Shown: positions 23,218 through 36,374 of the stretch, in pieces | How the letters are laid out: every line of letters starts with the position of its first letter | How positions within the stretch are numbered: the stretch's first letter is position 1 | Assembly (NCBI GenBank): GCA_965603825.1 | Contig: CBFDEM010000024.1 | Span: 372,001 to 436,000, forward strand | DNA: 64,000 nucleotides | Source: Blepharisma stoltei ATCC 30299 | Lineage: Eukaryota; Protista; Ciliophora | Direction: 5' to 3' | The notes under the pieces: model-generated | What the model was told of the DNA's origin: nothing | The model's input: the letters and a program-made list of their open reading frames with translations, nothing else | The model's database searches: none | Program-made: the position numbers and the translations under genes

Positions 23218-23787
23218 TTATAAGTTTTTCATTCTCAATCGTGGAGAGATTCCGCTCAATTTTGGTAATCTAACATGATATCTCGGAGAGTTTATCTGAT
23301 GCCTTTCTTTGATAATTGACTTTGAACTTCTACTCGTATGATCTGAAATAATATCAAAATTCACAATTTTAAATTTCCTTGGAGATAAGTGAATTGAAGG
23401 CTCTTTTCCTTCATCTGAAAATTGAGGAGTCATCTTACCGAAGCTAACTTTCGTTAATGATGAATTCAATAATAAAGACCTCTCTGTCTTTATTTCCAAT
23501 TTATTCGGGGAAAAGATTTTTGCAAAGCTTTTGATAACTCTTGGACTATCTCTCTGCCTAATTCTTGATGGCAGTTCTTTAAATGTCATATTTCTAGGTG
23601 TACTCATATGCCTTGGAAGTTCTGCTTTATTATGTAGAACATGGCCTGAATTTCTTTGGACTTCAAATAAATCTTTAAAAGTCTTTGAAAACGAAACTTG
23701 TCGGGTATGCTCGATTTCTTTTTCTTTTAAACTTAACTCAATCCTTTTCAAAAATTCTGATTTATACGCTGGAATACCATTTTCCAT
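23218..23787 (-). CDS. Hypothetical basic protein with SP/TPR-K motifs, 189 aa
   Basis: Open frame ATG to TAA; repeated SPR/TPR. Confidence 0.65.
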   Translation of the reverse strand: MENGIPAYKSEFLKRIELSLKEKEIEHTRQVSFSKTFKDLFEVQRNSGHVLHNKAELPRHMSTPRNMTFKELPSRIRQRDSPRVIKSFAKIFSPNKLEIKTERSLLLNSSLTKVSFGKMTPQFSDEGKEPSIHLSPRKFKIVNFDIISDHTSRSSKSIIKERHQINSPRYHVRLPKLSGISPRLRMKNL

Positions 23788-23834
23788 ATCTATTATTTTT
23801 AGTTATAATTAATTGATAACCTCATTATTTATGA

Positions 23835-24788
23835 TTATTCACTTTTCTCTTTTGCAGAGAGATACCTCCAGTAATGGGTGTTGGTCTTACAAATTGTATC
23901 CCAGTATGTAAAAAATGAAGAATAATTCCCCACATTGTGAGAGTGATGAAAATTGTGATAATTGGCACTTCCAGAAAATGGCAATAGCCTAAAAGCACTC
24001 CATGAAAAATCATATCCTGAATGCCCATCAGTTGTTTCTAACAATCTGATTACATTCCACATATAAATTGTATATATATGACAATTTCCAAGTAGCAAAG
24101 GCCCTATAGCTGCTGGCAGTAAATTTCCAAAAGCAAATTCTAAGGGATGTGCATATTCTGAAGCAATTCCAATTGTATTGATATACTCATGATGCTTTTT
24201 ATGTATTGCTCCATAAAATCTTGGAGTGTGAAGGAGACGGTGAAGCCAATAAAATGTTGTGTCTTCTACCAGCATAAAAAATATTGTCTGAGGAATTAAT
24301 TGTTTTCATGTAGGAAAAGCTTCAATTGATGTTTCAATGCTAGGCTCAATAAAGAATGATGGAGAAGCCACCAGAGGAACCACAATAAGATTATTAAACA
24401 GCAAATTTTTAATAGTCTTTTTTAGCTGCACCTTCCAGAGTTCTGGGTTTTTCTTCCATGGCCATGGGTCATTCGAAATTTTATAGCGCTCAAAAAATGG
24501 CAATTCAGCATGGTAAATTAAGTACATCACAAGATTAGCGAGAATATATGTGAGTTCATGGATAATGACACATCCCCCTCCATACATCATATATTTGTTT
24601 TCGTAGGGGAGAAGCTTGTAAATTGGGAGCATGAAGGAAGGAAGGATAAAATAACTGAACGCAACCATAATGATAGCTGTGATCAGACCATATCCTTTCC
24701 GAACATATCTGACTTCCTCGTTTTCGAGAAGATCTTTAAGACTGTCTACTTCTGAGTTGGAACAGGTTGAAGTAAATGATGAAGGCAT
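23835..24788 (-). CDS. Fatty acid hydroxylase/sterol desaturase superfamily (C-4 methylsterol oxidase-like), paralog A
   Basis: His boxes HRLLH, HKKHH, HNFHH, plus DGHSGY; joined through TGA 24306-24308. Confidence 0.92.
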
Positions 24789-25042
24789 CTGATCAGATTT
24801 TTATTATACGATCACAAATTTCATGATTTTAAGAGTTTAAAGAATGACGTCAGAATTCTAATATTAAAGATTTAAATAAGCTTTGTTGGGCTGCTAAATA
24901 GAGGAAAAGTTTCCATTTATTATTTTACACTTTAAATTTAATTTTCTCGACAATTCAAAATAAATGGAATCATTATATGTTCAAAAAGAAAACTCCAGTT
25001 TAAATAACATGAGTGTTTTATTCATTTTCTTTAAGTATTAAT

Positions 25043-25855
25043 ATGGAAGAAAGAGTAAAAGCAAATATCGAAAAGCTCAAAGCAGAAACTCAACAGCACC
25101 TTGGAAGAAATAAGCTAATTTTGCTCTTCTTGTTTGTATTTGCGATCATTGGGTTTTATCTAGTCATAAACTCTGCCCCTGCATTTACTGATGCTGAAAA
25201 AGAAAAAATTTTCAGATTTCCAAACACTGCTGAAAAGCTGGGAGAAATGAGTCACGTGATATCCAAATATACAGAAAAATACTACGTCTACGTCATTTTC
25301 ATTCTATCCTACTTGCTTATTTTATTATGAACTTTTTTATTACCTGGGGCTCCACTCCTTTTCGTGCTATCAGGAGCATTGCTAGGATTTTGGACAAGTA
25401 TGATCATGGCGACTATTTCTTTGGCTATTGGCTCTGCTCTTTCTTACATATTAATAGAAACTGTTGGCAAAGGCATCGCTATAAGACTCTTTCCTAACCC
25501 GATCAGCAAAGCTTACACAAACGTAGAAAAACACAAGCACAATTTGTTCTTTTATATACTTTCTTTGAGAGTGATGCCTTTTGTGCCAAAGTGAATCATG
25601 ACTATGTCAAGTCCAATAATAGGCGTTTCTTTTAACACTTTTCTCGTTACTGCTGTCTTAGGATTGCTACCTCATATTTTCATTTTTGTGAATACAGGGA
25701 CGACGCTGACGTCTATTAGCGATTTAGGCTTAAACAGGTACTCTATATTATCCCTAGCTGGGTTGGCTGCTTTAAGTTTATTACCAACATTCTTCACAAA
25801 AAAAACAGTGCAAGATGAAGATAAAGAGGAAGACATTAGCCCTAAAAAAGACTAA
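25043..25855 (+). CDS. TMEM41/VTT (SNARE-associated Golgi protein) family membrane protein
   Basis: TFLLPG...LSGALLG, LRVMPFVPKW(TGA)...SPIIGV; three ORFs in one frame through two TGA. Confidence 0.85.
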
Positions 25856-25902
25856 TAATTACCAAAAGCTACATAAAATGCGTTGTAAACAGTTATTTAA
25901 CC

Positions 25903-26280
25903 TTAAAAAATAAAGAAACCTATCATGCTGCCAATGATAAACCCAAAGACTTTTTCTAGAGTGATTTTGAGTCCTTCTCTTTTTCGATGGAACTCTTTGA
26001 CACTGAGAGAGACGAGCTCTGAAGAGTTGAGGTCTCCTTTGATTTTGTGGTAAAGTTCACTTCAGTTAACACTTGCATATCCATAGTGATTTAATAGTTG
26101 GTAAAAAGCAAATGCTCCCATCATCCCATATGCAAAAATTGTGCTTACTTTTTTAAAGATCCCTATTGAAGTAAACCCAACTCCAAGAGAAAATACAATT
26201 CCTTTCGCAGGGCAAGATTCTTTTTCGTCTTGGTTTTCCTGAGCATTACTCTTATTATCTTCTTGTGATGAGCCTGACAT
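25903..26280 (-). CDS. FUN14-family mitochondrial outer-membrane protein, 125 aa
   Basis: FKKVSTIFAYGMMGAFAFYQLLNHYGYASVNW(TGA) and C-terminal GFIIGSMIGF; TAA 25903-25905. Confidence 0.8.
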
Positions 26281-26390
26281 TTATAGACTCATAGTTGCTA
26301 AATGTAAATTAAATAGGTTTTTTGGTTTAGGATGATGCCTCAGTACTTTTGTTTCAATTGGATTGAAAATGACTTTTAATTACATCAAAA

Positions 26391-28616
26391 ATGGATCAGT
26401 TTTTCTCTTCTAAGCCTCATACCCCATACAGAGTTGCAAGATGCAAAACAACAATGTCTTCTAGCGAGTCTCCTATCGGCGTTTCATTTATAGATGCACT
26501 AAGGGAAGTCTGCCCATTATCGTTCAATAAACAATTTTTACGACAATTACTCGAAAACCAAAAAGCCGAGAAAGTTTCAGCTATAATTCCTTTTAATTTA
26601 GGTAAAATTCAAAAAACATATACACAGGTCAAAGAAATTTGAAAAATTGTGAATAATGAGAATAATCCAGACTCTTCGAAAGAATTAAACAAAAAATCAA
26701 TAACGTTAGAAAAATCAGCATTTCAAAGACCTTTAAGCTCTTTACAATCACTTTCTAAGGATATATCTGCTATGAAAAATAGTACCTTTCGATCGAAAAA
26801 TCTCTCTCAAGATCAGCAGCAATTTGAAAGCGTTTTAAAATTATATTGTGTTTCGAATGGCGCTGAGCCCAATGCAGTTGCTGCTAGACCAAGATCTGCT
26901 ATTCATTATGTGTCAAAAAACAGAAGCAAATATGCTCCAGGGGTTATTAGGATTATCCCAAAACATTCAAGAAACAATTCCATTGCCACTGATACAAACC
27001 ATTTCTCAATCCAGGCTAAAACACAAAGATCTTTGAGTTCAACTGACAGAAATAGCAGGCACTCACAGAAAAATTCGTGCATAATCTCGCCCTCCTTACA
27101 TATGCCTGAGCAGTTCCCAATAATCAAAAAAATAGCAGAAAAATCTGAAGTTTATGAAGAAACATATTCAGGAGAATATTCAAATGGAAAAAGACAAGGA
27201 CACGGAAAAGTAATATATCCGAATGGAGATATCTATATTGGTGACTGATATGAAAATAAAAAACAAGGGCATGGAGCATACACGTACGCGAACTCCCAAG
27301 TTGAATATGAAGGCTCCTGATATAGTGATAATAAACATGGGATTGGAATCATCAAATCATCTACTGGACAAATTGAAGGCCGATGGGAAAATAATGTACT
27401 AAAAGAAAGCAATGTCATTTTTACATATGATGAAGTAAATATTTATCGCGGGGAGTCGAAATCAGGTGCGAGAGACGGGAGCGGAAGCATGAAATATCAA
27501 TGCGGAGCAGAGTATACTGGATTATGGTGCGATGACAGGAGAGAAAAGCATGGCTATATACGATACAAGCAAGATTTCTTTTTTGAAGGACATTTTCATA
27601 TGGACTCCACACATGGGTATGGGGTTTTAATAAGAAGTGATATAATCAAACCTCCAAAAAGAAGCACAGGATATTCAAAAACAATAGAAGCTTATAAGAA
27701 GCCTGGTATTAATAAAGAAGATTACTCCGAAACTTTACCTGAGTTTGCGAAGCTGCATTTAAAAAATTCAGATATTGTGTACATTACACATTCTGCCGAC
27801 ATTCATAGACATGTCCCAAGTGGAACATTCAAATCTGGAAAGCTAAATGGGTAAATTTAATTTAGGTCTGGCCTCGCATATTATGGCATCTACGGCTATT
27901 ATGAAGGAAACTTCATTGATGGACAAAGAGATGGCTGAGGAAAAATGATTTATAATGACCCTGCCCACGTCTGCTCGTGATTTCCAGAAACAGAAGGAGA
28001 ATATATTGGCTATTGAAGAAATGATGCAAGGCATGGCCAAGGGATAATGAACTGGCCAAATGGCACTAAATATGAAGGAAAATTTAATATGGACAGAAGA
28101 CACCACGTTATGGGGAAAATGGTTTTTGAAACTGGCGAAATTTATGAAGGAGGCTGAGTCAATGATAAACTCCAAGGCTATGGAAAATTAACTTTGGCAT
28201 CAGGAATTGTATTCAAAGCACGTTTCAACTCTGGAATTGCAGAAAGTTCTGGCACTGTTGAATTCACCGATAAAGTTTATGAAGGAGCTGTAGCGAATTT
28301 TGTGCCTAACGGCAAAGGAAAAATGAGATATAAAAACGGAGATATTTATGATGGAGATTTTGAAGATGGGGTTATTAATGGAATCGGGAAAATGACTTAT
28401 GCCAACGGAAATATATATGAAGGAGAGTGGGCTAATGGATGCAAGGATGGGAATGGAATGATGATCTATAGAGATGAGGGAACTGTATATAATGGCGAAT
28501 GACTTGAAGACAAAAGAAGCGGAAAAGGTGAGCTTAAAGATATGAGAGGAAAAGTAATATATCATGGAGATTGGGTCTATGATCTTCAAGACGGCATTGG
28601 AGAAATGGTGAGCTAA
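26391..28616 (+). CDS. Large MORN-repeat protein, one intron 27851-27865
   Basis: Ser-rich N-terminus then many YxGxW/F repeats with W often TGA; TAA 28614-28616. Confidence 0.88.
27851..27865 (+). other. 15-nt spliceosomal intron
   Basis: GTAAATTTAATTTAG; removal deletes an in-frame TAA and restores the MORN register. Confidence 0.9.
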
Positions 28617-28676
28617 ATGGCTTCATATGCTCTGTTTATTTAATTTACTAATGGTAAATATTTTATTTATATCCTA

Positions 28677-29381
28677 ATGAGCAATTTTAGCATAAAGAAA
28701 TCAGCTTCCCTCCAATTTCATAATATAATAATGGATAAAAATAGAAGTTTTCGTCCAAAGAGAAGAATACAGAAAGGCGAAAAAGGCTACAAATTGAGAC
28801 AACTCATTAAGCACACTCTGGGTACTGGAGATCCTAATAAATATGTTGAACTTCCTGAGGGCGAGATGCTGTTAGAATGGATTTCCGTTCATATAATTGA
28901 ATTTTATAACGAAATCAATCTCATATATGGAGCTTTGGTCGAATTTTGCACAGATCAGTCTTGTAGGGTGATGTCAGCTGGCCCAAGATATGAATTTAGG
29001 TGGACTGACCAAAATAGCCCAATACCCCTTCAGCTTTCAGCACCCCAATATATTAATAAGCTTATGGAATGAATTGAAGGTAAGCTCAATGATAGGAATC
29101 TTTTCCCAACAGAGCTTGGTGTTGATTTTCCCTCAAATTTTATACCTTCTGTAAAAGTAATGCTAAAACGGCTATTTAGGGTTTATGCCCACCTTTATCA
29201 CACCCACATGCAGAAAATAATTGAAGTAGAGATGCTTCGCCACATTAATACATCATTTAAGCACTTTCTTTTTTTTGTGCTTAGGTTTGACCTTGTTTCT
29301 GAAGAAGAGATGAGCTCTTTGGGAGAGCTAATAAAAGAATTCAAAGACGAGTATGGGTGTCAACCAGTAGTACTCTTATAA
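28677..29381 (+). CDS. MOB1: Mob1-family kinase co-activator, 234 aa
   Basis: LPEGE...EW, EFCTDQSCRVMSAGP, LMEW(TGA)IE, KRLFRVYAHLYHTH, NTSFKHF. Confidence 0.93.
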
Positions 29382-29697
29382 ATTAATTGAATTGTTCTTT
29401 TTGAGACTTTTCGAAAATTAAAATTTCATTATAAATCAAATATAAGATCAGAATGACTTTGAAAATATGGCAGTAGCTATTATATATCTTTATTTCTTTT
29501 TAAATATAGTTTAAATTAAAAAATATGACTTCCAAGATATATATTAAAATGAATTATCATATAAAGAGAAAACCCTATAACCTTTAAAATATAATTTTTC
29601 ATATATAATTACAAGCATTAAAAAATAGTTTGATAATTATGCAAGCATCCCATCCAAAAAAAAATTTAAATATCTACTATTATATTTAATTTACAAA

Positions 29698-30315
29698 ATG
29701 GAAGCTAGATCAGAATAGTAATTTCTATTCAGTCACTATCTCTTCAAAGTTGTTTTGATCGGCGATTCTCATGTTGGAAAATCCTCCCTTCTCTTACGAC
29801 ACTCTGAAAAAACATTTAAGGACAATTATCTCTCAACAATAGGAGTTGATTTTAAGCTTACTGATGTCTATATCGATGACTCTCATGTTAAGCTACAAAT
29901 TGTAAAATTTACATAGTGGGACACAGCAGGTCAAGAAAGGTTTCGTACAGTCATTAACGGGTATTACCGAGGGTCTGATGGTGTTATAGTCGTTTTTGAT
30001 AAAACAGATAGAGAGTCATTTGAGCATGTAGATGGCTGAATCAACGAGGTAGATAAATACGCTACACAGAATCCTGCAAAGATCTTAGTCGGTAATAAAA
30101 GTGATATGCCTCCAGTTGTAGACACTGCTGAAGGACTGAGAAAAGCTGAGAAATATAAAATGGATTATATTGAAACTAGCGCCAAGGAGCCTTTTCAGGT
30201 AGACCAATTATTTGATATACTTGCAACAAAAATGATTAAGAATGGAGGAAAAGAAAGAAAAGGAGGTGATCGAATCGGAAATAGAGAAAAAACTCGGAAG
30301 TGGATCTGTTGCTAA
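29698..30315 (+). CDS. Rab1-like small GTPase, introns 29718-29732 and 29902-29916
   Basis: Spliced [24 protein letters not shown]|[21 protein letters not shown]-terminal CC. Confidence 0.92.
29718..29732 (+). other. 15-nt spliceosomal intron
   Basis: GTAATTTCTATTCAG; removal eliminates in-frame TAG/TAA. Confidence 0.9.
29902..29916 (+). other. 15-nt spliceosomal intron
   Basis: GTAAAATTTACATAG between LQI and WDTAG. Confidence 0.95.
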
Positions 30316-30362
30316 TATAATAATTGCATTTTGAAATTATAATTAAAGCAGATAATTATTAA

Positions 30363-30899
30363 ATGGTGAAGAAAAGAGGGCCGCCAGCCTGGATTTTCGT
30401 TATATGGTTTCCTCTTATAACAGCATTTACAGCTTATTGGCTTTACCATATTTGGACAGTGCAAAATAAAGTCCCTCATTACATCTGGAATAATAAAGAT
30501 CCATTATATCTAGCAATCACTTGCAGTGCTGTGAGCACTGTTTTTATATTTCTTCAGGTTCAAACCGTAGCTACCCAAAGGCTATTCACAAAGGCAGGAG
30601 ATACAATCTACGGGGAAGAAAGCGATTTCTTGAAGCTTTCTAAAAATGTCTTGCAAAATACCCTTGAACAATCATTTTTGTTCATAATTAATTTGCTTGC
30701 TGCCGCAGTTAATGGACTTCCCAATGAAAGGATTGTTTTAGTGACAATGACATTTATTTTAGCAAGAATTTTGTTTTGGTGCGGATATGTTGTAGGTGTT
30801 TATATAAAATTCTTCCCATTAAGGGGACCTGGGTTTCTGCTTACATTCTCCAACAATGTATTGCTTTTGCTATTTAATGTTCTAGCATTTATTAGATAA
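30363..30899 (+). CDS. MAPEG-like membrane protein, 178 aa
   Basis: NTLEQ, ARILFWCGY, LRGPGF and several transmembrane segments. Confidence 0.7.
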   Translation: MVKKRGPPAWIFVIWFPLITAFTAYWLYHIWTVQNKVPHYIWNNKDPLYLAITCSAVSTVFIFLQVQTVATQRLFTKAGDTIYGEESDFLKLSKNVLQNTLEQSFLFIINLLAAAVNGLPNERIVLVTMTFILARILFWCGYVVGVYIKFFPLRGPGFLLTFSNNVLLLLFNVLAFIR

Positions 30900-30943
30900 A
30901 ACTAAAGTTTATCATAATTCAAAGCCATATTCTTAAATTAAAT

Positions 30944-33613
30944 ATGAGTTCAGGCGATAAGAAAAACTCCTCAAAAGAAAACAGTCCTAGGAGACCTCCA
31001 CTTCCCTTATTTCGAACTGCAAAGAACAAATTAAGCTTAATTTCAAAACTGAGGGACACTTCAAATCTAGGAAGCCCATCAAGACTAGAAAAAGAAAGCT
31101 TTGAAAATCGAAATTTTCAATCTTTGTTAAGCAAAGTTACATTTTCAAGCGATGATTATTTATATGACCACGTTCTCTCCCCAGGCATTGCATTTTACAA
31201 GTTTCTTGCAAAGCGTTCAAATAAAACAAATATAACGAGACTTGAAGTTTCAATTCCTGACACAATAGTTTTTAATGAAAGTATGATGCCGGTCTGAATT
31301 TATACAGGTGAAGATGGTTTTGTATATAGGACTGAAACGTTCCATGATCACTTAATCCATAATAAATTCGGCATGGTTGAACATCCTTGAGAAGTTGTTG
31401 CTGTGGTAAAAAAGCCTAAATGAAATAATGAGCTCAAAAAATACCATGGGCTAAGCACATACGTTCTAAACTCCACTGATTTAAAATCAAGACTCAATGA
31501 GTTTTCTAGTGGAGAACCATGCGTGATCCAAAGGTTCATCAAGAGCAAAGGACCTGTGGCATTTGTCTGTCGAACTTTTTACAGAAAGCAGGGAAGGTGC
31601 TGTGTGTATGTCATTACAAATAAAGTGGGATTTTTAAATGAAAATGTCGAGCCAAGGAAAAGATGCTTGACTTCGACAGGTGAAAAAGACTCAACAAATA
31701 TCATCACTTCAATGACTGGGAGATATTTGAATGAAACTCTTCCGATGGTAAAAAAAATTGCTCAGTTTTTGGAAATGAATATGGGGACTGAAGTATTAGA
31801 GCTTGCTTGCGATTTTGTTAAGGACGAAAGTAATAAATGATGGTTCACTACTTGTAAAGCGTTTAAGCTTGGAGAAATGGAGCCCAATTTAAGCGGTTTT
31901 ATCGTGGATAAACCATATTGGAGCAGTGATAGTGAAAATGACGAATCTGAAGGAAATTCAATGCATAACGACTATCAGAGACTTAAGAGATGCAGGCTGT
32001 GCCAAGTCTATCATCCTCTAAGCGCTTTGTTGCACCAGCTGACTATAAAGATGATTACTCAAACTGATCAGCATTTGCGTGAGAGAGGAGTTATGATCCA
32101 ATGACTAGACCGTGCTGAATACCGACACTCTGGGATGGCAACAGTCTACCAAAGCTACCCCGTCTGCCGAGACTGTTATACTTTATATGAGCTTACAGAA
32201 GAATTAAAAGAAATTCAGCGAATCACCTCCTTAGTTTTCAGCATCCCTTATAAGCCTACTGAAGTGAGCTATGGAGAAATGCCTGAAAATTGGGAATTCA
32301 AATCTGACACAGCAGTTGTCATGACGAATGAAAAGCCAAAAACAGTCATGGAAGAAGCTCGAGAAAGCAAGCCAATGAAGCTTTTCAGAATAGTTCTAAT
32401 TTTGCTTGGGATCGAAGAAATCTCACAAGGCATTAAGCACGACTTTTCAATTAAATTTTCCATGTTTAACATAGAGCAAGTCTATCAATTAGACGATTCA
32501 AAGTGAAAAGATGGAAGAATTGAAATGAATAAGTTTAGAATGTTCCAGTTCTTTGCAAATTCGAGAAAAGAATGAAAACACTATTTGAATGAGAATAATG
32601 CGCTCTCAGTATATTTGTGTAAAGGGAACAAAACCATTTCAAAAGTTGACTTAGAGATGATTGACTTTAGAAACCCCATAGTAAAACATAAAAAATATTA
32701 TAAAGTTTTGTCAAAAAATACAAATATTTTGGGTTTTCTGAATTGTCAATTAGCAATTGAGGAGGAAGGGTTTATTGATGTGACTAACATTAAGCTGCAG
32801 CACATTTCTGGGCTGTTTGTCCCTCCAGAAGATTTTATCTTATGTTTGCCCTTACCAGACGAGTGGCTTGAAATTTTGCCTGATATTAGCGACCCAACTG
32901 AAGCAATTGAGCTCACAAATCATAGGCCTTCACTGATTTCAACTGTAACTCAACATATCAACACCTCTTCTTTAAATACCACTAAAGCGCTAATTCCAAA
33001 GCCACCTCCAAAGCGTGCAAGAGCTCAATCTGCACATAACAAAAGAACTTATCGAAAATTTGATTCCTTAAACATGAATCAAAGCTACCTAAACGATTCA
33101 AAATTAACAAATCTTAATGATTCAAAATTAATTACAGCAAAAACAGTCAGAGCACGATCAGCTTCACAAAGGAAAAAAATTTGACGCTTAACAATTGAGG
33201 TCCACACAGCAACTGGACTTATTGATCCTATAGAAAAAAAATGGAAAGTTGTTTTTAAAGCCTTTGGATCTAAATATGCTGAAGAAGAAATTACTAGAAG
33301 AGAGCATCTAATTCATTTTAAATTCATGAAAGAAATTTATATTAAATGCAGTAACTCAAAACTTTTGCAAACTTTAATGAGTGAAGTTATTGAGTTTAGA
33401 ATTTTTAGAGACAACGAAATTGGAAAAGCAGCTGCACCCCTGGAAATTTTGAGATACGAAAGAAGTGTCAAGTCAGGTTATCCTGTTGAAATGGAGGGAA
33501 GAGGAGGTGTTTTTCTAGACGTGAATCTAAAGCTGGAAGAATCGAAGTCAAAAGATGTTGAAGTCATGAGAGTTGTTGGCCCAGGAGTTTCGCTTGTAAA
33601 AGTTGAAGTCTAA
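30944..33613 (+). CDS. Large hypothetical protein, 889 aa (degenerate ATP-grasp-like region, CxxC pairs, C2-like C-terminus)
   Basis: Six + strand ORFs share one frame, separated only by TGA; IPDTIV, IQRFIKSKG, ELACDFVKD, CRLC...CRDC. Confidence 0.75.
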
Positions 33614-33751
33614 TATTGCTAATTTATTCTTTTTTATGAATCATAGTGCAATAATTGATTTTGAAGTTTCACTAAATAAATATTAGCTTATTTATTTTAA
33701 ATTAAGCTTCAATGTTTAAACCAACCATAAATAATATTTTAAAATAATTAA

Positions 33752-34513
33752 ATGAATGAAAATTCTAGACATGCCCATACACTTTCCGAAAGAACAACTC
33801 TCAAAATCAACCAAATTATTAATAGTCCTACACAAGTTAGCTTCCCCGTGAAGCGAGTAATAGAGTCAATTACAGAAAAAAGCGGTAATAATAGAACATC
33901 TCAAAATGCCAAAAGGTTTCTGCCTTTTGTTGCAGAAAGAGGAACATTTGGTAAATTTCTCCCAGCCCTCAACCTAAGCTCCGACACGAAGAAAATTGAA
34001 AACACTGATCAATCCATCCTAGAAGACAAAACCAAGTTAAACTCTTCTAAAACTGTCGTTGAAAAGCAGCAACATTTCAAGCTTGTTTCACCAAGAGCTT
34101 ACTATCCTCCTCCTGTCGGCATCTATAATATAAACGCCGAAGTGAATAAACACGATATCAGCTTTCCTATCTCCACTTCCCCAAGACTACCTCCAGTAAA
34201 ATCCTCAAAAAGTTCAACAGACTTCATTGATTGAGACAAAGCCTACACATTTAAAGACAAACACTCCGTTTTATATGACATGAAAAGGGTGACAGGAAGA
34301 GAAAAGCACTACGTGAATAATAGCCATAGAGATGCTATGAGCTTAATTAGTGCAAAACTGCCTGACAAAATGCCAAATCAATATGGGCTGCTTGCTGATG
34401 TTGATGTGCATGGATACATGAGTGAAATCAGCCATATTGAAAAAGATGTGAGAGATAGGCTTAAAGATATTAAAAAAGCTCATAAAAATTTAGTAAAAAC
34501 CATGCTAATTTAA
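33752..34513 (+). CDS. Hypothetical protein, 253 aa, with one PPVGIYN (SHIPPO-like) motif
   Basis: Two ORFs joined through TGA 34232-34234; TAA 34511-34513. Confidence 0.7.
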
Positions 34514-34514
34514 T

Positions 34515-36374
34515 ATGTCAAATAATGAATTAGATTGATTTGAGTTTGAAACCAGAATGAGAACTCTGGTTACTGAGCTGATTGAGCCTTCTATTCAGCG
34601 AATAGGAAAAGAGAAAGAAACTATCGAAAAAATATTGACAAAACAGAAAGATACAAGAAAAAGATTGAAAACTGCAGAGTCTTTATTTGGTTCTGGAGAG
34701 CACAAGAGTGGGTGGATGATGACTATTGAAACTCAAATTCGCTATTTAGTAGAGAATTTCGCAGACCATAAAGAAGAAATCAAAAACGCTTTAAGTCTCT
34801 CAAAAAGGCAATTTGATGATTTGATTATTCAATTTAAAACTGTCAAAAACAGCTTTGCTGAATTAGATGTCAAAGTTAAGGAAAATAACGAAACAATTTC
34901 AGCATTGGACAGCAAATTAGACTCGAATTATAAAACTCTTACTGAATATTTAGATGCTAGTAAGCAAGATCTGAAAGAAACATACGATAATATGATGGCT
35001 GCAACTATGAGGTCTCAAAAAACTGCAGAAAGTGCAAGCACAAGAGTCAGCGATATTCATTCTCGTATAAATGATTTGTCAACTTATCAAGAAAAGCTTT
35101 CTTCTGCACAAAGAGAGTTTGCTATCCAGATTCAAAAAATCCAGCAAGAAAAATGCTCCGTCGAGCAACTATTAACGGAAACGCATAAGCATTCGTCAAG
35201 AATCGAAGAAGCTTATACAGTGAATAGACGCTTGGAAGATCAATTTATTGAGCTTATTCGCTATATTGATATTTATTTGCCAGACGAAGTTCAGATTTCA
35301 GTTTCAGATAATCTTTATACCTTCTTAGACGACGTTCAAATGATTAAATGAATCCAGTTTGAGGAAGAGCGTAGGAAGGATATAAGGAAAAAAGCCACAG
35401 ATTTTGACAATCATAGCAATTTGAGAGGAATAATGAGAAAAGCTGTTGAAAATGCCAAAAGATCGGACACCAGAACTGAGGAAATTCGATATGGGCTGCT
35501 AAAACTAAGACATCAGACAATAGAAGAACAAAAGCCAAAAGAAGAAGAAATTAAGCAGCCGAAAGAGATTTTTAAAAGATCACAGCCAAAAAATGAAGAA
35601 CCTTCTAAAGAAGATATGAAAACAGTCAAAAAATTTTTCCTTGATGATGACACATGAAGAAAAGCAATTTCAGATGAGATAAAACTAATGAGAGAACTGA
35701 TTTCACATGAGCAGCTTAAAATCGAAACTTCAAGCAAAGAAATTGTGAATATCAAAATTGAGATGAAAGCGAAGTTCGATGAAATGAAAATTGATATTGA
35801 AGTAATGCAAAATGAGTACGTTGATCTAGATAAAAGAATTAAATCAGCTGATCTTATTGTGGAGAAAGGCAATGCAGAGCTTCGAAATAAAGTGAATTCT
35901 GTTAATGAGCAGTTAAAAGAGCTCGGAAAAATAATCCCTAATTTAGTAGAATTCGACTTGATGGCCTGCTCTGCGCTTTTGTATAGCAATGAAGATGAAG
36001 GAATAAACAGCAAAGAAATCTCTCCAAAAAATAAAGAAACTAGAGAGAGCACAATAAATTTACCATCAATTAGCTCAAAAAGATCCTCATACCTAGAGGT
36101 AGAGGGCTTAAAACCTAGCTCTCAACTGCCGAAGCTAGATATAACAAAATTAATAGCAGGCTATTTTAGCTCAGCCCAATGCAAATTTGAGAATACAATT
36201 TATTCTCGAAAATCACTTATAGATAAAATGGAAAATTTGATTAGGCCTATATGATTCTCAATTTTCTCACAGATACCAGAAATGATTGCCAAAAAGCATT
36301 TTAAAAAAGGGAATAAATCAAAGCACAGACAAAATTTAAGCTTTTCTGTTAGCAAAGATGCTGATAATGTTTAA
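34515..36374 (+). CDS. Coiled-coil hypothetical protein, 619 aa
   Basis: MSNNELDW(TGA)FEFETRMR... one frame through TGA to TAA 36372-36374; alternative start 34557. Confidence 0.75.

Noticed and set aside
29080-29095. GTAAGCTCAATGATAG as a 16-nt intron in Mob1
   Set aside because: Splicing would frameshift; the unspliced WIEGKLNDRNLFP matches the Mob1 consensus
33951-33965. GTAAATTTCTCCCAG as another 15-nt intron
   Set aside because: Position 10 is T rather than the otherwise invariant A, and the frame is open without splicing; cannot be fully excluded without RNA data
35371-35386. GTAGGAAGGATATAAG as a 16-nt intron
   Set aside because: Purine-rich, the frame is already continuous and removal would break it
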